The notes under the pieces were generated by a model. It saw only the letters and a program-made list of their open reading frames with translations. It was not told the origin of the DNA and did not search any database. A stretch of DNA of 64,000 bases from Candidatus Magasanikiibacteriota bacterium (lineage in GTDB: Bacteria; Patescibacteriota; Patescibacteriia; Magasanikbacterales; GWA2-37-8), in contig JAPLWQ010000002.1 in the NCBI GenBank assembly GCA_026396515.1, positions 125,575 to 189,574 of the forward strand, given 5' to 3'. The position numbers and the translations under genes were made by a program. Shown piece after piece: positions 60,554 through 64,000 of the stretch. The first letter of the stretch is position 1. Each line of letters begins with the position of its first letter.

Positions 60554-60964
60554 TTACGGAGACGGAGTTGTCGTGGCTGTTTCTGCCGGAGCCGCCGTTA
60601 GTCGTTCAAATACAAATGTGGAGATGGCATACGAAGCAGCAACAATTAATAAACCAATAATTGCCGTTTCCAGCATTGATTTCGCCTTATTCACTTTTTC
60701 AACTGTCCCGCCAGCCGTCATCCAGGTGAGGCCGGCGTACAAAACCAGTAAAAAGAAAATTGTTCCGACAAACATTAATAATGTGGTCACTATTGTGCTG
60801 GCTAAAGTTTCCGGTGTCTGTTTGCTTATGCCTAATGTTAATAATTTAGTCTTCTCCGCAGTCAGATTCAGACCGTATTTGTCTTTTCCCTGCGCGCCGA
60901 CAAAAACAGGCAACATAATTGCCCCCAAAATCACAAGCGCTAGCATAAGCCTTTTAATGGCCAT
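60554..60964 (-). CDS. TrbC/VirB2-like pilin-like protein, array member
   Basis: 136 aa. Core TIFFLLVLYAGLTWMTAGGTVEKVNKAKSMLETAIIGLLIVAASYAISTFVF. Confidence 0.5.
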   Translation of the reverse strand: MAIKRLMLALVILGAIMLPVFVGAQGKDKYGLNLTAEKTKLLTLGISKQTPETLASTIVTTLLMFVGTIFFLLVLYAGLTWMTAGGTVEKVNKAKSMLETAIIGLLIVAASYAISTFVFERLTAAPAETATTTPSP

Positions 60965-61054
60965 ATTATTCTGGTTTGGATTCTTTTGAAAAACAAGCCA
61001 AACCGGAATTTCTGTCAGGGGGTTGCGCGCGCGAACCCCCTGACAGGAAGGATA

Positions 61055-61486
61055 TTAACCGCCCGTACCGGAACCTGTACCGGTAGTAGCACTGACCAAT
61101 TGACTGATAATAAAGCTGGCTAACGCGTATGCTGACAAAATAATAGCCAAACCGATTACACCAGAGAAGATCCATTTCTTGGCTTCTCCTACCTGCTCTT
61201 CATTACCTCCGGCAGTCATCCATTTGAAACCACCGATAAGGATGATAACCACAGCGACGATACCGAGTAAGCCCATAGCTACCCGAATGATACGAGCAAT
61301 AGTTGCGCGGACATCTTCACTTCCAAGACCGGTATCTGACGCGTAACCAATGCCGAGATCGTCTGTACCAAGTACGCCTTCACTCGCGTAAACCGGTGCG
61401 ACGTTGAAACTCATAAAACCGCCGAGTAACAAGGCCAACGAAGCTACGAATACTGCTAATTTTTTCATAATTTCACCCCCTTTCAA
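61055..61486 (-). CDS. TrbC/VirB2-like pilin-like protein, array member
   Basis: 143 aa. Core IVAVVIILIGGFKWMTAGGNEEQVGEAKKWIFSGVIGLAIILSAYALASFII. Confidence 0.5.
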   Translation of the reverse strand: MKGGEIMKKLAVFVASLALLLGGFMSFNVAPVYASEGVLGTDDLGIGYASDTGLGSEDVRATIARIIRVAMGLLGIVAVVIILIGGFKWMTAGGNEEQVGEAKKWIFSGVIGLAIILSAYALASFIISQLVSATTGTGSGTGG

Positions 61487-61559
61487 GGAATTGGCACCAA
61501 TGTGCCGGATAATTATTACTTATAAATATTTTATCTTATTATGAATTTTTGTGCAATCA

Positions 61560-61961
61560 TCATGATTGAGCACCTTGCAAAAATCTAAACACTGTATTGA
61601 CTAATAAATAACTGGCTAAAACTACAATTAGTCCTATTATTGACCACATCATTGTTTGAGTACCCCTTTTTACTTTTTCTTCATTTCCAGCAGAAGTGAG
61701 CCATTGAAAACCGCCCCAAACCATCATAACAAGCGACAAACCGCCAACCAGCCCCAAAAACGACCTGATGACGGTGCCTATGATAACAGCCGGAGTAATA
61801 TCAGCATCTTTAAGAGCCTTACCTTTGCTGTCAGTCAATTGAATCGGATTTTCAAGGTCAACCGTTTCTTGCGGCGTGGAAGTTGCCAAGGCAGCCGGTA
61901 CGATAACGGCGAAGCAGCTAAATAGCAGAAAAAAAACAAATATTTGCTTTAAATATCTCAT
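61560..61961 (-). CDS. TrbC/VirB2-like pilin-like protein, array member
   Basis: 133 aa. Core GLSLVMMVWGGFQWLTSAGNEEKVKRGTQTMMWSIIGLIVVLASYLLVNTVF. Confidence 0.5.
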   Translation of the reverse strand: MRYLKQIFVFFLLFSCFAVIVPAALATSTPQETVDLENPIQLTDSKGKALKDADITPAVIIGTVIRSFLGLVGGLSLVMMVWGGFQWLTSAGNEEKVKRGTQTMMWSIIGLIVVLASYLLVNTVFRFLQGAQS

Positions 61962-61966
61962 ATATT

Positions 61967-62863
61967 CTAACCAATCTTTGTAAGAATAGTGTTAACGATC
62001 ATATAACTGCCGGTCATCGCCAGAATGCCAAAAGTAGTCCAAATAAGAATCTTTTTTGCTTTTGTAATTTTTTCCGCAGTACCGCCTGCTGACATCCATG
62101 TAAATCCGGCATAAATATATAAAATGAGAGCAATTGACCCCATAAACGCGAGCAATATATTTACACCGCTCGCGAGCAAACTATATGGCGAACTGATCTT
62201 CATCGGATTCAATTTCTTCGCGCCAGCTACCAGCGAAGTGATACCTTGTGGCTGTTGCGGTGCTGGCTTTGCCGTATCTCCGGTTTTTGCTTCATACATA
62301 TCTATCACGTCCACCGGCGCTAAGATGTTTACGTCAACAGTGCACGGTGTTATGCAATAATCACTTGAATTCCTCAGTAAACATTTACCACTAACAATGC
62401 AACCGTTACTTTCAGTTTGTGCGTACACCGTATCGGCAAAATTCAAACTCTTGCCCGACTTTACTCCAATGGTATTACTCAAGAACGTAATTAGAGCATA
62501 GGCGCTAAAAGCAATTACCAGGCCAACTACTGCGGCGGTTATCGCACCGGTGCCCTTTTTAACCTTTTCCTGGTTGCCTTGAGACATTATTAAAATAAAA
62601 CCGCCATAAACAAACATCAAAAGCGCTAACGCGCCGATAAAACCAAAAATATAGAGGCCGACATTAATAGCAAACGTGATAAAAATGTCAATTTTGTCGC
62701 AGCTCTTATCAATACTGTTCCCCAACAAACAAGACGGAATAATTTTACTTGCACCCTGGGAAGCCGATGACCCCGATGGAGTGCTGGTGGCTAAACAAGG
62801 AGCGGCAAATAAAAAACTCGCTCCGATTGCCATCAAAATAAAAATTTTTGAAAACATTTTCAT
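61967..62863 (-). CDS. Tandem double-domain TrbC/VirB2-like protein (two pilin-like cores fused in one ORF)
   Basis: 298 aa. First core IGALALLMFVYGGFILIMSQGNQEKVKKGTGAITAAVVGLVIAFSAYALITFL, Cys-containing linker, second core GSIALILYIYAGFTWMSAGGTAEKITKAKKILIWTTFGILAMTGSYMIVNTIL. Confidence 0.5.
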   Translation of the reverse strand: MKMFSKIFILMAIGASFLFAAPCLATSTPSGSSASQGASKIIPSCLLGNSIDKSCDKIDIFITFAINVGLYIFGFIGALALLMFVYGGFILIMSQGNQEKVKKGTGAITAAVVGLVIAFSAYALITFLSNTIGVKSGKSLNFADTVYAQTESNGCIVSGKCLLRNSSDYCITPCTVDVNILAPVDVIDMYEAKTGDTAKPAPQQPQGITSLVAGAKKLNPMKISSPYSLLASGVNILLAFMGSIALILYIYAGFTWMSAGGTAEKITKAKKILIWTTFGILAMTGSYMIVNTILTKIG

Positions 62864-62864
62864 A

Positions 62865-64000
62865 CTATCTTAATGTCTGGCTAACTTTCGCGGCAGCGCG
62901 ATTTAGCACTTCCTGGCCCCACTGCTCTTCTCGGCCCGAATAATTCGGCGGAACCGACATCCATTCAGTCACCATATCTTTTAAGGCCTGCACCGCCCCC
63001 TGATAATTTGTTCCCCGGTACCAATTTTCCGCGATTAACAGTTGCGACACAAACGGGCTCAAATCAATATCTTCTTTTTGTTTATTAACCAAATTTCTAA
63101 GTGCGGTCGGCCGTTTTGTCTTATTCAAATAACCTTCCGTAGCTTGCGAATGTGTCATATAGTTTATCAAACCCCAGGCCTCGCTCGGATGCTTTGATTT
63201 TCCCACTACTGTCTGGATCCAATAATTTGCCGCATTGGCCGGCTTTTCCGGGTCAAGCTGAAGCATAGGTAAAACACCATAATTCAATTGCGGAGCGCGG
63301 GCCTTAATTTGAGAATTGTGATAACTATAACCGATAAAAAAAGCGACCTTACCTTGTATAAAGCTCTCTAAAGAGTCGTCCATTGATTCATTCCAAGAAT
63401 ATGTGTCGCGAGTGGGGTTGGCAAAGTCAGTATAAAAGGTCATAACGGATGCCGCCGGCGATTCAGCCCCTCCTAAATTGGATGGGGCGACATTAAAGAT
63501 GGCGCGGTTATCCCGACTGATAACTTCAACATTGCTTTGCTTGAATAAGGTGTACAAAATATCATCAATGCCGACCACATTGCCGGCGCTCCCCATAGCC
63601 ACGCCTGATTGAATAATTTTTCCGGTATCAGCACTATATTTTGATATTTTTCTCACTGCGGCCTGAAACTCCTCCCAAGTCGTCGGCGGTTCAGCGACCT
63701 GCGACCTGTCCAATAAATCTTTGTTGTAATAAATCGCCATGGTATCGAGCGAGAGAGGCAGGCCGTAAATCTTATTATCAATAATCACGTCTTTTTTTAC
63801 CGTCTGTAAATACTCGCGGTCAATTCCAAAAGCCGTGGGCATAGCCACCGGCCGGGTGGTAACTATGGTCTCCACTTGCCCGATTAAATTTTTTTGATTA
63901 AGCATGGTGGTGTCAGAAATGCTTGGCGGCATCGTTGCCAGTTTGCTCTGAAATTTTCTTAATTCACGTACATGCACGGAAACAATATCCGGCCCTTTAT
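62865..64000 (-). CDS. ABC transporter extracellular solute-binding protein (family 1, sugar-type), N-terminus beyond window end
   Basis: Frame stays open to the window edge. Periplasmic SBP-like composition (W/Y-rich, ...YYNKDLL...TWEEF...). Confidence 0.5.
   Translation of the reverse strand, partial: KGPDIVSVHVRELRKFQSKLATMPPSISDTTMLNQKNLIGQVETIVTTRPVAMPTAFGIDREYLQTVKKDVIIDNKIYGLPLSLDTMAIYYNKDLLDRSQVAEPPTTWEEFQAAVRKISKYSADTGKIIQSGVAMGSAGNVVGIDDILYTLFKQSNVEVISRDNRAIFNVAPSNLGGAESPAASVMTFYTDFANPTRDTYSWNESMDDSLESFIQGKVAFFIGYSYHNSQIKARAPQLNYGVLPMLQLDPEKPANAANYWIQTVVGKSKHPSEAWGLINYMTHSQATEGYLNKTKRPTALRNLVNKQKEDIDLSPFVSQLLIAENWYRGTNYQGAVQALKDMVTEWMSVPPNYSGREEQWGQEVLNRAAAKVSQTLR

Overview
The window reads as a low-GC, streamlined genome typical of Candidate Phyla Radiation / Patescibacteria. 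Supporting observations: 23S+5S rRNA with no adjacent 16S, short intergenic regions, a GlmU uridyltransferase domain-only gene, a type IV pilus ATPase, and many small secreted or membrane proteins. Housekeeping genes on the backbone include ftsH, rpsA, gyrA, rpmF (L32), nusB, rnc, panD, pnp, rpsO, an RluA-family pseudouridine synthase, a GlmU uridyltransferase domain-only gene, and seven tRNAs (Arg x3, Lys, Leu, His, one uncertain Arg). Four things stand out. (1) Three separate GC-rich compositional islands (~13.9-16.7 kb, ~29.6-31.35 kb, ~49.8-51.1 kb) carry their own SD sequences and GC-rich intrinsic terminators. Island 1 encodes a full-length Major Vault Protein (MVP) homologue. Island 3 encodes two lipoproteins with (SD/TD)n repeats and lies beside tRNA-Leu. 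Island 2 carries a zinc-ribbon/AKP-tail protein, a 2-TM mini-protein and a ~740-nt GC-rich noncoding stretch. (2) A tightly packed plus-strand surface operon (5783-13881) runs WxL-like protein, DUF916-like anchored protein, dockerin protein, two membrane-anchored cohesin-like proteins, polytopic membrane protein, PilB/GspE ATPase and a bitopic protein; a divergent WxL-like paralogue and a >1550-aa repetitive surface protein lie on the other strand. (3) Ten-plus tandem paralogues of a TrbC/VirB2-like (T4SS pilin-like) two-helix membrane protein with hypervariable Cys-rich ectodomains (54.8-62.9 kb). (4) An ECF sigma/anti-sigma pair whose membrane partner and a downstream secreted peptide share a Cys/Gly-rich motif. 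All calls were read by eye without database searches. GC statements are visual estimates, not computed.
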